DNA of 63,321 nucleotides from Deferribacterales bacterium (GTDB taxonomy: Bacteria; Chrysiogenota; Deferribacteres; Deferribacterales; Geovibrionaceae). Where the stretch lies: assembly GCA_050251945.1 (NCBI GenBank), contig JBFWLW010000015.1:1-63321 (forward strand), written 5' to 3'. Shown piece by piece: positions 1-8,522 of the stretch. How positions within the stretch are numbered: the stretch's first letter is position 1; each line of letters opens with the position of its first letter. The notes beneath the pieces are model-generated. The model did not search any database, was not told where the DNA came from, and saw only the letters and a list, made by a program, of their open reading frames with translations. A program made the position numbers and the translations under genes.

Positions 1-54
1 TTTTGATATGCTCTCGGCAATAACTAATGACATGCTTACCTCCGCATATTTTAA

Positions 55-70
55 CGCAAGAGACATGCCA
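55..70 (-). promoter_or_regulatory. sigma54 -24/-12 promoter of the ABC/Lol-like operon (second copy at 62863-62878)
   Basis: Minus strand TGGCAT-GTCTC-TTGC (GG-N10-GC), about 20 nt upstream of the ABC ATPase ATG. Confidence 0.75.
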
Positions 71-112
71 TATTATAACTCTATAATATTCAAATGGTTC
101 TATAAATAAAGG

Positions 113-129
113 TGTGCAAATTATGCACA
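113..129. promoter_or_regulatory. Palindrome, candidate upstream activator site
   Basis: TGTGCA-AATTA-TGCACA about 45 bp upstream of the sigma54 promoter. Confidence 0.45.
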
Positions 130-242
130 GAACATGCAGAAAAGTTACAGCCTAGTTAATTCTATAATCTTAGGAATATTGTTGACAATCTGATATACGG
201 GTGTATATATATCGTTCTGAATATAAATACGGGGTGAAAAAA

Positions 243-1415
243 ATGAATAAGAAATTACTAATACTTATTTTAGGTCTTAACGGCTTCATCGTGATGGCGG
301 ACAACTGGGTCGTTTCTCCCATCCTGCCTGCAATATCGGGAGACATAGGAACTAGTGTCACAAAAGCAGGTCTTCTGATATCTGCTTATATGATTCCTTT
401 CGGAGTTTTTCAGCTTATCTTCGGACCGCTGGCGGACAGATACGGCAAACGGCAGGTGATAAACGTTTCCATGATAATGTTTACCATAGCGACAGCGTTA
501 TGCGCAATCGGAACGAATCTTACCGATCTCAGCGTATACAGAGCTCTTACGGGTGCATTTGCCGCAGCTGTAATGCCGATTTCGCTGGCACTCATCGGCG
601 ACATTTTCCCAATGGAGGAACGTCAGTCCGCAATCGGAACATTTATGGGTATTTCCTTTCTCGGTCAGGGTCTCAGCATGGCAATAGGCGGAACTATCTC
701 ATATTATCTCAACTGGCGCGGGGTATTCGCTCTTTATGCTCTGATGTCGGTGGTTACAACGGCTCTGCTTCTCACCGTCGGCAGGAAAATTCCATCACAG
801 CCGAACTGTAAGGCAGGTTTCTTCGCTCCCTATAAAAAGATTTTTTCAAACAAAGCAAATATAATACTTTATCTGACTGTTCTGACTGAAGGAATATTCA
901 TTGTCGGCTCGTTCTCATATCTCGGCGGCTACATAGACCATGTGTTTCATTATAACTATCTCATGATAGGTCTTATAATGACACTGTTCGGATTTTTTGC
1001 CGTTGTAGGCGGGCGGATGAGCGGAAAGCTCGCGGCAAGAATCGGGCGTGGTTCTGTCCTTAAAGCGGGTCTTTTGCTTGCCGCTTCCGCAGAAATCATC
1101 CTCTTTCTCAGCGGCGGCAGCATTGCGGCGGTGATGACGGCTATTGGGCTGTTGGGGCTCGGATTCATGTTTGCACACTCTTCGCTTCTGACCATCGCCA
1201 CAGAGGCGGCACGGCAGGCAAGAGGGGCAGCAATGTCTCTGGTTGCATTCTGTTTTATGGGCGGCGGCGGTCTGGGAACTGCAATAGGAGGCAAGGTTAT
1301 CGACATGAGCGGATTCAGTACTTTTTTTGCGGTTTACGGCGGATTTCTGGTATTTCTGTTCATCTTTGTATTAATAACATTTAATTCCATACAGCGAAAA
1401 ATACAGGAAGGCTGA
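243..1415 (+). CDS. MFS transporter (DHA1-like efflux)
   Basis: About 12 hydrophobic segments; motif A GPLADRYGKR; ATG 243 preferred over the upstream GTG. Confidence 0.9.
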   Translation: MNKKLLILILGLNGFIVMADNWVVSPILPAISGDIGTSVTKAGLLISAYMIPFGVFQLIFGPLADRYGKRQVINVSMIMFTIATALCAIGTNLTDLSVYRALTGAFAAAVMPISLALIGDIFPMEERQSAIGTFMGISFLGQGLSMAIGGTISYYLNWRGVFALYALMSVVTTALLLTVGRKIPSQPNCKAGFFAPYKKIFSNKANIILYLTVLTEGIFIVGSFSYLGGYIDHVFHYNYLMIGLIMTLFGFFAVVGGRMSGKLAARIGRGSVLKAGLLLAASAEIILFLSGGSIAAVMTAIGLLGLGFMFAHSSLLTIATEAARQARGAAMSLVAFCFMGGGGLGTAIGGKVIDMSGFSTFFAVYGGFLVFLFIFVLITFNSIQRKIQEG

Positions 1416-1420
1416 GCAAC

Positions 1421-1939
1421 ATGAAAAAGTCTTTTATTACAAAGGCAGCGGTGCTGCTGATTATTCTGGTTATTGTATTGGGTATATACCGATTCAAAAA
1501 CGGCGGGGAAATTTCAGAGGGCACAGTGCAGCCGGACAGCGACTTTGCCCTGCACATCACAAATACAATAGACATGGACAGGTTCAAATCACACAATCTG
1601 CCGATTATCATAGATTTCGGTTCAGATTCCTGCGTTCCGTGTAAAGAGATGGCTCCTGTGCTGGAAAAACTCAATAGAGAGCTTCAGGGCAGAGCAATAA
1701 TAAAGTTTGTTGATGTCTGGAAACACAGAACTCTGGCGGACGGATACCCGATAACTCTTATCCCCACGCAGATATTCATAGACAGCAGCGGAAAGCCTTA
1801 CATTCCGGACGGAACAGAATCCGTTTCTCTGGTTATGCATAACTCAGAAGACACCGGAAAACACACTTTCACATATCATGAAGGGCAGGTTACCGAGGAA
1901 GAGATGCTGGATGTTCTGGCAAAAATGGGGATGAAATGA
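1421..1939 (+). CDS. Membrane-anchored thioredoxin-family protein
   Basis: N-terminal TM/signal segment; DFGSDSCVPC CxxC; IPTQIF cis-Pro motif. Confidence 0.85.
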   Translation: MKKSFITKAAVLLIILVIVLGIYRFKNGGEISEGTVQPDSDFALHITNTIDMDRFKSHNLPIIIDFGSDSCVPCKEMAPVLEKLNRELQGRAIIKFVDVWKHRTLADGYPITLIPTQIFIDSSGKPYIPDGTESVSLVMHNSEDTGKHTFTYHEGQVTEEEMLDVLAKMGMK

Positions 1940-2616
1940 CGGATCAGCTCGCGGGTGTCATAACGGCGGGTATGGTCTGGGCTCCCTTTGCGGCATTTCT
2001 GGCGGGGCTGCTGACATCGTTCACCCCATGTTCGCTGTCCGCTGTGCCTCTGATCATAGGATTTATGACGGGAACGGGGCACAAGGACACCAAGAGAGCA
2101 TTTTATATCTCACTGGTGTTTGCGCTTGGGACTTCTCTGATATACACTGCTCTGGGCATTTTTGCGGCTTATGCGGGGCAGCTGATGGGTACGTCGGCTT
2201 CATGGTGGTATATAGCATTAGGTGTTCTGATGCTCGCCATGGCGTTTCAGGTGCTTGGATTTATAACGGTGATACCGTCAAAGAATTTCATAAGCAGACG
2301 GCTTGGTAAGGGATATACCGGTGCATTTGCGGCGGGGTGTCTTGCGGGGCTTTTCTCCTCTCCGTGTTCAACGCCTGTGCTGGTTGTGCTTCTCTCCATA
2401 GCCGTTAAGGACGGAAACGCTCTGCACGGCGGGTTCTTGCTTTTTCTTTATGCTTTCGGGCATAGTATTCTCGCCATTGCCGCAGGAACATCGGTCGGTT
2501 TTGCAAACAGAATCATCAACAGCGAAAATTACGGCAGACTTAGTATCGCAATGAAATATATGACAGCAGGATTTATTCTCCTGCTGTCATTTTATATGTT
2601 CTATCTGGGGTTCTAA
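1936..2616 (+). CDS. ccdA: CcdA/DsbD transmembrane thiol-reductant protein
   Basis: FTPCS and SPCSTP motifs, about 6 TM segments, ATGA overlap with the thioredoxin. Confidence 0.85.
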   Translation: MTDQLAGVITAGMVWAPFAAFLAGLLTSFTPCSLSAVPLIIGFMTGTGHKDTKRAFYISLVFALGTSLIYTALGIFAAYAGQLMGTSASWWYIALGVLMLAMAFQVLGFITVIPSKNFISRRLGKGYTGAFAAGCLAGLFSSPCSTPVLVVLLSIAVKDGNALHGGFLLFLYAFGHSILAIAAGTSVGFANRIINSENYGRLSIAMKYMTAGFILLLSFYMFYLGF

Positions 2617-2644
2617 CTCATACAAATGTTCAGGAAAGCTTCTG

Positions 2645-3442
2645 TCAGTGTTTAACAGCCTTTATGACTGCCGAAACCACATAATCTTCCATTCTGCTTC
2701 CCGGTGCCCACTCCGAAATAAAGTTTCTGCTTTCGTCTTTCGGGGTGATGCTTATGTCACCGAATCCGCTTCCGGCAAGCATCATTTTAATCTCTTCAAC
2801 GGATGATGCCCCGCCCATACAGCCGGATATCAGAGCCAGATCCTGTCTGACATGTGCAGGCAGGTCGGCTGTTGCAACTATATCGGAAACGGCTATTCTG
2901 CCGCCCTTTTTAAGAACTCTGTAACATTCGCTGAAAACCCTGTCCTTTTCCGGAGACAGGTTAATGACGCAGTTGGAGATTATGACATCGACAAGACTGT
3001 CGCCGACAGGCAGATTTTCGATTTCCCCCAGCCTGAATTCAACATTTCCGACGCTGTTCTCCTCTACGGATTTTCTCGCCTTGCTTATCATCTCCGGTGT
3101 CATATCAACACCTATAACCTTTCCGCTGTCCCCCGCAGCTTTAGAGGCGAGAAAACAGTCTATCCCTCCCCCGCTGCCGAGATCCACAACGGTTTCCCCC
3201 GCTTTAATCTGAGCCTCCCTTATCGGATTCCCACATCCCAGACCAAGGTTTGAACCGGCAGGCAATGAAGCCAGCTCGTCGGCAGAATAGCCCAGAACTG
3301 CCGATATCATGTCGTTATCGACATTCTTATCTCCCGAACAGCATGTCGAAGAGCATCCGCAGCCGGAATCTTCCTGAACCGCATACTTTCTGTAATTGTT
3401 TCTGACGGCAGATCTGATGCCGTCTTTGGAGGTGAAATCCAT
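2645..3442 (-). CDS. arsM: Arsenite S-adenosylmethionine methyltransferase
   Basis: LGLGCGNP, DLGSGGGIDC, ISNCVINL and GCMGGA motifs; N-terminal CC. Confidence 0.92.
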   Translation of the reverse strand: MDFTSKDGIRSAVRNNYRKYAVQEDSGCGCSSTCCSGDKNVDNDMISAVLGYSADELASLPAGSNLGLGCGNPIREAQIKAGETVVDLGSGGGIDCFLASKAAGDSGKVIGVDMTPEMISKARKSVEENSVGNVEFRLGEIENLPVGDSLVDVIISNCVINLSPEKDRVFSECYRVLKKGGRIAVSDIVATADLPAHVRQDLALISGCMGGASSVEEIKMMLAGSGFGDISITPKDESRNFISEWAPGSRMEDYVVSAVIKAVKH

Positions 3443-3572
3443 ATTAAGCTCCTGAAATAAAATTGTTATAATTCAAGATATATAAAATCATTGCCGCGGC
3501 AAGCAAAAACTTAAATACAAGAATAATGACAAAAAATCTTGTACGAAATTTGTTATATTATATAATAAACAC

Positions 3573-4442
3573 ATGAAAATTTCAGTTTTAACCTTTTTTC
3601 TATCGTTTTTCTGCTTAACTTCCGCATTCGGACAGCCGTTAAAATTCGGCATTGCCTCCATAGTCTCTCCGGAGGAATCCCTTAACCTTTACTCGGAAAT
3701 GAACGACTATCTCTCGGAAAAACTCGGTAAGCCCATTGTTCCGGTAATTAAAAGAGATTATGACGAAATGAACCGTATGATTGCGGAAAACGAAGTGGAT
3801 ATTGCGTCTGTCTGCACAGGTGCCCTGCCCTATCTCAACGATAAACAGGTAAGGGTTCTGGCTGTACCTGAAAACGAGGGAAAACATTCATACCGCTCAT
3901 TTATCATTGCTAATAAGAAATACGGGATAAAAAGCATCAGCGACCTTCAGGGAAAAGTGTTTGCGTTCACCGACAGGCTTTCAAACAGCGGCACGCTGTA
4001 TCCGTCTTTCATGGTGATACAAAAGTTTCAGAAAACACCTGAAAAGGTTTTCAGTAAAATATATTATACAAAAAGCCACGACAGATCTATCTATCTGGTC
4101 AACAAGGGCGTTATTCAGGCGGCGGCTGTGGACAGCCTGATATTTAATTTCATAAAAGCAAACGAACCCGAAAAAGTTTCAAACATAGCTGTTATCCATC
4201 AGTCTTCCGACCTCATATCTCCACCTATCGTAGCTTCTGCGAATCTTTCTAAAGAAAACTATGATAAAATCAGAAAGATACTGCTCGATATGGATAAAGA
4301 CAAAAAAGGCAAAAGCATCCTGAAAAGACTGAAAATAGACAGGTTTGTCCCTGCATCCGTTGAAGATTATCATCTGATTAAAAAAATGAAGGCAGAAGTT
4401 GATAAATTTTATTCTGAAACACATACCCGAAAGTCTAAGTAA
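3573..4442 (+). CDS. Periplasmic PhnD-like oxyanion-binding protein, AioX/ArxX-like
   Basis: Signal peptide; DLQGKVFAFTDRLSNSG and SHDRSI..V..G...AAAVDS motifs; Cys in ASVCTG; overlaps the kinase gene. Confidence 0.8.
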   Translation: MKISVLTFFLSFFCLTSAFGQPLKFGIASIVSPEESLNLYSEMNDYLSEKLGKPIVPVIKRDYDEMNRMIAENEVDIASVCTGALPYLNDKQVRVLAVPENEGKHSYRSFIIANKKYGIKSISDLQGKVFAFTDRLSNSGTLYPSFMVIQKFQKTPEKVFSKIYYTKSHDRSIYLVNKGVIQAAAVDSLIFNFIKANEPEKVSNIAVIHQSSDLISPPIVASANLSKENYDKIRKILLDMDKDKKGKSILKRLKIDRFVPASVEDYHLIKKMKAEVDKFYSETHTRKSK

Positions 4443-5811
4443 AAGAACAGCACTTCTCATCGCGCTTCTGGGTGCTGTGACCATCGCCGTAAACATGCTT
4501 ATCATCTTTTATTTTGAATATAAGCTGGCTTTCAGAACTGCTGTTAACTATGTCAATGCCCAATACGAAATAATGGCTTCGGAACTTGCTGAGGCTATAA
4601 TCACCGAGGATATATACAGTCTTTTCACCTCTCTGGAAAAAGTAGCGCAAACTGTTCCCCATATTGATAATATAGCTGTAACCGATGCACAGGGGGAATA
4701 TATAACCGATGCCAAAGTCCGCATCGACAAACTGACGGGGACTGTCAGCCCCATCGAAATCAGAAAACCCATAAAGGCGGGCGGAAAACTGCTGGGACAT
4801 ATCGTATTTTATATCAACCGCGAATCAATAGTGCGGCAGATAGCATCTAATGTTGCCGGCGTGATGATTACCAGCATTTTTATCGTCATAATCGGCACCG
4901 TGGCGGGAATATATATTGCAGGCAGAATGACGAACCCCATTAAGTCGCTGTCCAGCCAGATAGGCTCTCTTGATGTTCTCAAACTGCCCTACAGGTTCAG
5001 CATCTCCCCCTATGCCTCAAAAGAGGCGAAAGAGCTGAAAAACGTGATCGAAAACCTGTCTGTTGAACTTAAAGAATCGCTGGAGCGGGTTCAGGAACAA
5101 CAGAAAGAGCTTATCAGAAGTGAACGGCTTGCATATCTCGGCACTATGTCCGCAGGACTTGCCCACGAGCTTAAAAACCCTATAATGGCTATCAATCTGG
5201 TTCTTGACAGCGTGAGTTCGGAGCTTGAAAGCACCAACCCATGGCAAGAGGATTTTTCCGTCATACGGCGGGAAGCGGACAAACTCGTTTTCAGGATCAA
5301 TGAATTTCTGGAATATTCCAGACCTGTAAACCTGATATATGAGCAGACCGATCTGTATGACTTTATCGAATACATCAAAGAACAGACATATCGGGATATT
5401 CTCAAACAGGTTGACATTATCTTCTCTGCTGATGAGAACACACCTATATGCACTGATTTAACAAAAATGTCGCAGGTGCTGAATATCTTTCTTAACAATT
5501 CGGCGGAAGCCGGAGCCAGGCATATTTATATTTCATTCAGCTTCGCAAACGGTCTTTTAAATATTGACTACACCGATGACGGATCGGGTTTCAAAACCGC
5601 TGATATTTCAAAAATAATGCTCCCTTTCTACACTACAAAACCGAAAGGCTCGGGGCTGGGTCTGGCAATCTGCGCAACAATAATAGACGCAATGGGCGGC
5701 ACTGTTTCCGCCGCCGCAAACCAGCCCAAAGGAGCAAAATTCAGTATTCAGTGTCCGGCAGATTTTAAATGTAAAGTTTTTTTGCCGAATTTTCTCGTCA
5801 TCATCAATTGA
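4399..5811 (+). CDS. Membrane sensor histidine kinase (NtrB-like, HAMP)
   Basis: Two TM segments; H-box GLAHELKNP; N box; DDGSG; PFYTTK; GSGLGL. Confidence 0.92.
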   Translation: MINFILKHIPESLSKRTALLIALLGAVTIAVNMLIIFYFEYKLAFRTAVNYVNAQYEIMASELAEAIITEDIYSLFTSLEKVAQTVPHIDNIAVTDAQGEYITDAKVRIDKLTGTVSPIEIRKPIKAGGKLLGHIVFYINRESIVRQIASNVAGVMITSIFIVIIGTVAGIYIAGRMTNPIKSLSSQIGSLDVLKLPYRFSISPYASKEAKELKNVIENLSVELKESLERVQEQQKELIRSERLAYLGTMSAGLAHELKNPIMAINLVLDSVSSELESTNPWQEDFSVIRREADKLVFRINEFLEYSRPVNLIYEQTDLYDFIEYIKEQTYRDILKQVDIIFSADENTPICTDLTKMSQVLNIFLNNSAEAGARHIYISFSFANGLLNIDYTDDGSGFKTADISKIMLPFYTTKPKGSGLGLAICATIIDAMGGTVSAAANQPKGAKFSIQCPADFKCKVFLPNFLVIIN

Positions 5812-5885
5812 TGTATTGAGGCAAAATTGAACTCTGCCGCTTAAATCATATGAAAAGAAATATGGTTTTAGATTTATAAAAAAAT

Positions 5886-6665
5886 TTACAAAATTGATTC
5901 AAGATATGATTTTAAGCCTTCTATCCTGAGAGCTTCCGCAGGAACATTTTTAATTATTTCCTTTGATGACTGAATTATCAGTGGTCTCTTGTAATCTTCA
6001 GTATGATCTGAACCGTGGATTTTGTCATGACCTGCATGATCTGACGTTATAACTATGAGAAATGACGGACTCTGCTGAATTTTTGCAATTAAAACCCCAA
6101 GCTGTTCATCTATGAAATTAAACTCATCGAGATATTCCGGAGACATCCAGCCGCTGATCGGTCCTTCCGTATCCAGCCCGCTGATATGGAGAAAGATGAA
6201 CTGAGGCTTTGAGACATCAACCGCCTCTGTCGCCTTCTCAACAGCATCCTGCGGGGAATATATTTCGTTGTCCGCTGCATCGCTGCCCAGATACCCCAGT
6301 TTTGGCTTACTGTAAATCAGAGCCGTCTTGTAGCCGTGTTTTTTTGCATATGACAACATTGTGTCTTTGCTGACCCGTGCTTCGCCCTTACTCCAGTTGT
6401 TGTCTTTTTTGCCGTTTTGCTCCGGCAGCAGACCCGTAACCATGGAGGTATGCGCAATCAGGGTTTTCGGAGGCTTTGTGCTTGTACCTTCGGGGCTGTA
6501 AAATCCGGAATCAATGAGTTCGAAAAGATTTGGCGCATATTGACGCTGTACCGCATCCGGATGGAGGGCATCAATTGATATAATCGCAACGGTATTATAT
6601 TTCAGTTCATCGGCGAACGTCACGGAAGCTATCAGAATAAGCAATAAACAGATAATTTTCTTCAT
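5886..6665 (-). CDS. Exported alkaline-phosphatase-superfamily (NPP-like) hydrolase
   Basis: Signal peptide; ISIDALHPD, KTLIAHTSMVTG and TSDHAG motifs. Confidence 0.8.
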   Translation of the reverse strand: MKKIICLLLILIASVTFADELKYNTVAIISIDALHPDAVQRQYAPNLFELIDSGFYSPEGTSTKPPKTLIAHTSMVTGLLPEQNGKKDNNWSKGEARVSKDTMLSYAKKHGYKTALIYSKPKLGYLGSDAADNEIYSPQDAVEKATEAVDVSKPQFIFLHISGLDTEGPISGWMSPEYLDEFNFIDEQLGVLIAKIQQSPSFLIVITSDHAGHDKIHGSDHTEDYKRPLIIQSSKEIIKNVPAEALRIEGLKSYLESIL

Positions 6666-6686
6666 AACCTGTCCCCAAGTTTCAGA

Positions 6687-7664
6687 CTATATAAGCCTCT
6701 CTTTCAGTTCTTTTATCTTTGTTTCAAGGCTCGTCAGTTCGTCCATAACCTTCTGGCGGTCACGATATTTAAGATTGCGCTCCAGAAAGCTGTCAAACTG
6801 CTTAGTAATCGACTTGACTTTCTGATAGATCCGCACCTCTTTCGCAGGCTCGGTTTTGCGGGAGGCATCGCCCTCCCTTAACCGCAGAAGTAGCTTCTGC
6901 ATATCTTTCGTGTCAAGCAGTCCGTTTTCATATTTTGAGAAAATATCCGCCAGAGAGGGGTCATCCCTGTAGGGGAAGAAATCCTCCGCCATGCGGGGAC
7001 CTATTTTATTTGAAACTCTGATTATATCCAAAACACGGCCGGGATAAGCCAGCATTTTCAGATACTGAATCACAGAGCGAAGTGACACGCCCAGCTTCTC
7101 TGTCTCCTCCGTCAAATCATCGGATGACTGCGCCTCAATAGCACTTGATTTGTTTAACTCTGATATACACTTACTAAGTATGATTAAGTGCGGCACTTTT
7201 TCTTCGGCAGGAAACCACTGTGTTTTTAAAATTTCAGCAAATCCAACTGCCTTTTCAAAAGGGGTCAGATCTTCCCGCTGAATATTCTCAATTATCTGCG
7301 TAACAGCTATTTTTTTGGCGTCTGCAAAACGTTTGACCCGTGCCTTGATTCCGGTATGCCCGAGCAGTATAACAGCCCTGTAACGCCTTTCTCCCGCCAC
7401 CAGACGGTATTTTTTAATCACACCGCCTTCATGTATCTGTTCATCCTCTGAAAGCTCATGAAGAATGACCGGATTCAGAAGACCTTCGCTTTTTATACTT
7501 TTTGCAAGATTTTCAATGGATTCATCAGAAAATGTCGTTCTTATCTGCTCTTTAACGATGATTTCACTCAAAGGCACAACGGCATCCACAAATTCCTGAT
7601 TTGTAGCCTGCTGCATCTCGTCCCGCTGTTTTATCTTGCTTAAAAGATCGTTTCTTTTGCTCAT
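6687..7664 (-). CDS. parB: ParB-family partition protein
   Basis: GLLNPV, VAGERRYRA and ENIQREDL motifs. Confidence 0.92.
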   Translation of the reverse strand: MSKRNDLLSKIKQRDEMQQATNQEFVDAVVPLSEIIVKEQIRTTFSDESIENLAKSIKSEGLLNPVILHELSEDEQIHEGGVIKKYRLVAGERRYRAVILLGHTGIKARVKRFADAKKIAVTQIIENIQREDLTPFEKAVGFAEILKTQWFPAEEKVPHLIILSKCISELNKSSAIEAQSSDDLTEETEKLGVSLRSVIQYLKMLAYPGRVLDIIRVSNKIGPRMAEDFFPYRDDPSLADIFSKYENGLLDTKDMQKLLLRLREGDASRKTEPAKEVRIYQKVKSITKQFDSFLERNLKYRDRQKVMDELTSLETKIKELKERLI

Positions 7665-7667
7665 GGT

Positions 7668-8522
7668 CTATTCCTTCACCAATTTGGCTTCTATTCCGCT
7701 CAGAAGTGCTTCCATCTGAGTAACTGCATTTTTGTTTACTGAACCCCTCGATTTATAGTTAAGGATAAATTCCCGCTCGGCTATGGCGTTTTTATAGTCT
7801 GCGTAATAGGAGAGTATAGGCTCAACAACCATACCGGGAAACATCTCCTTGATATAATCTTTATATGCCAGATCAACTGAGTGGGTTGTTTTAAACTGGT
7901 TTATCACTATGCCCACAAGATTCAAATCCGGATTATCAGTTATTTTTATTTCATCATAGAGCTTAAGGGTGTTTTTTATTCCTTTGATGCTGAATTCGTC
8001 CGCGAGGGTAGGGATGATAAGGTTTTTTGCCGCAGAAAAGGCAGATTTAACAAGTGCCTTGCTGGAATCGGGGGGACAATCGAATATCACAACATCATAA
8101 ATATCAAACGCAAATGCCGCCAGAATAGACAGCAGAAATCTTGATGATGAAAATTCTTTTATTCTCAAATCAAGGTCGTTTATGGTCGGATCGGACGCTA
8201 TGACTGAAATATTGCCGCGCGTGAAAATTGAGTTTATCAGTTTTGTATTTAATTCATCGGTGGAAGCTTCGTCCTGTTTATACAGTTTGCTGAAATTATC
8301 CATTATAAATATCAGCAGATCTTTCAGTTTAACCTGTGAATCAGACCCCAGATCCCTCTGATCAGCTATGTATAGACATGAATTAAGCTGCTGGTGGTCG
8401 AGATCTATCAGCAATACTTTCCTGTCCAGTGATGCAAAGTATTCCGCAAGCTGGATGCTTATGAATGATTTACCCACGCCGCCCTTTGAAATCGAATTTA
8501 CTATTGAAATTTTGTCGCTCAT
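7668..8522 (-). CDS. parA: ParA-family Walker ATPase
   Basis: KGGVGKS, LLIDLD and IFDCPP motifs. Confidence 0.92.
   Translation of the reverse strand: MSDKISIVNSISKGGVGKSFISIQLAEYFASLDRKVLLIDLDHQQLNSCLYIADQRDLGSDSQVKLKDLLIFIMDNFSKLYKQDEASTDELNTKLINSIFTRGNISVIASDPTINDLDLRIKEFSSSRFLLSILAAFAFDIYDVVIFDCPPDSSKALVKSAFSAAKNLIIPTLADEFSIKGIKNTLKLYDEIKITDNPDLNLVGIVINQFKTTHSVDLAYKDYIKEMFPGMVVEPILSYYADYKNAIAEREFILNYKSRGSVNKNAVTQMEALLSGIEAKLVKE

Larger units (their letters stand above)
1..513. repeat. Left copy of a 513-bp terminal direct repeat
   Basis: Matches 62809-63321 except at 127, 154, 158, 278, 287 and 386. Confidence 0.97.

Noticed and set aside
5795..5808. 14-bp identity with the NtrC regulator 5' end (36718-36731) as a rearrangement scar
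   Set aside because: Several 14-mer matches are expected by chance in 63 kb, the sequence is low complexity, and the orientation does not fit a kinase-regulator junction.
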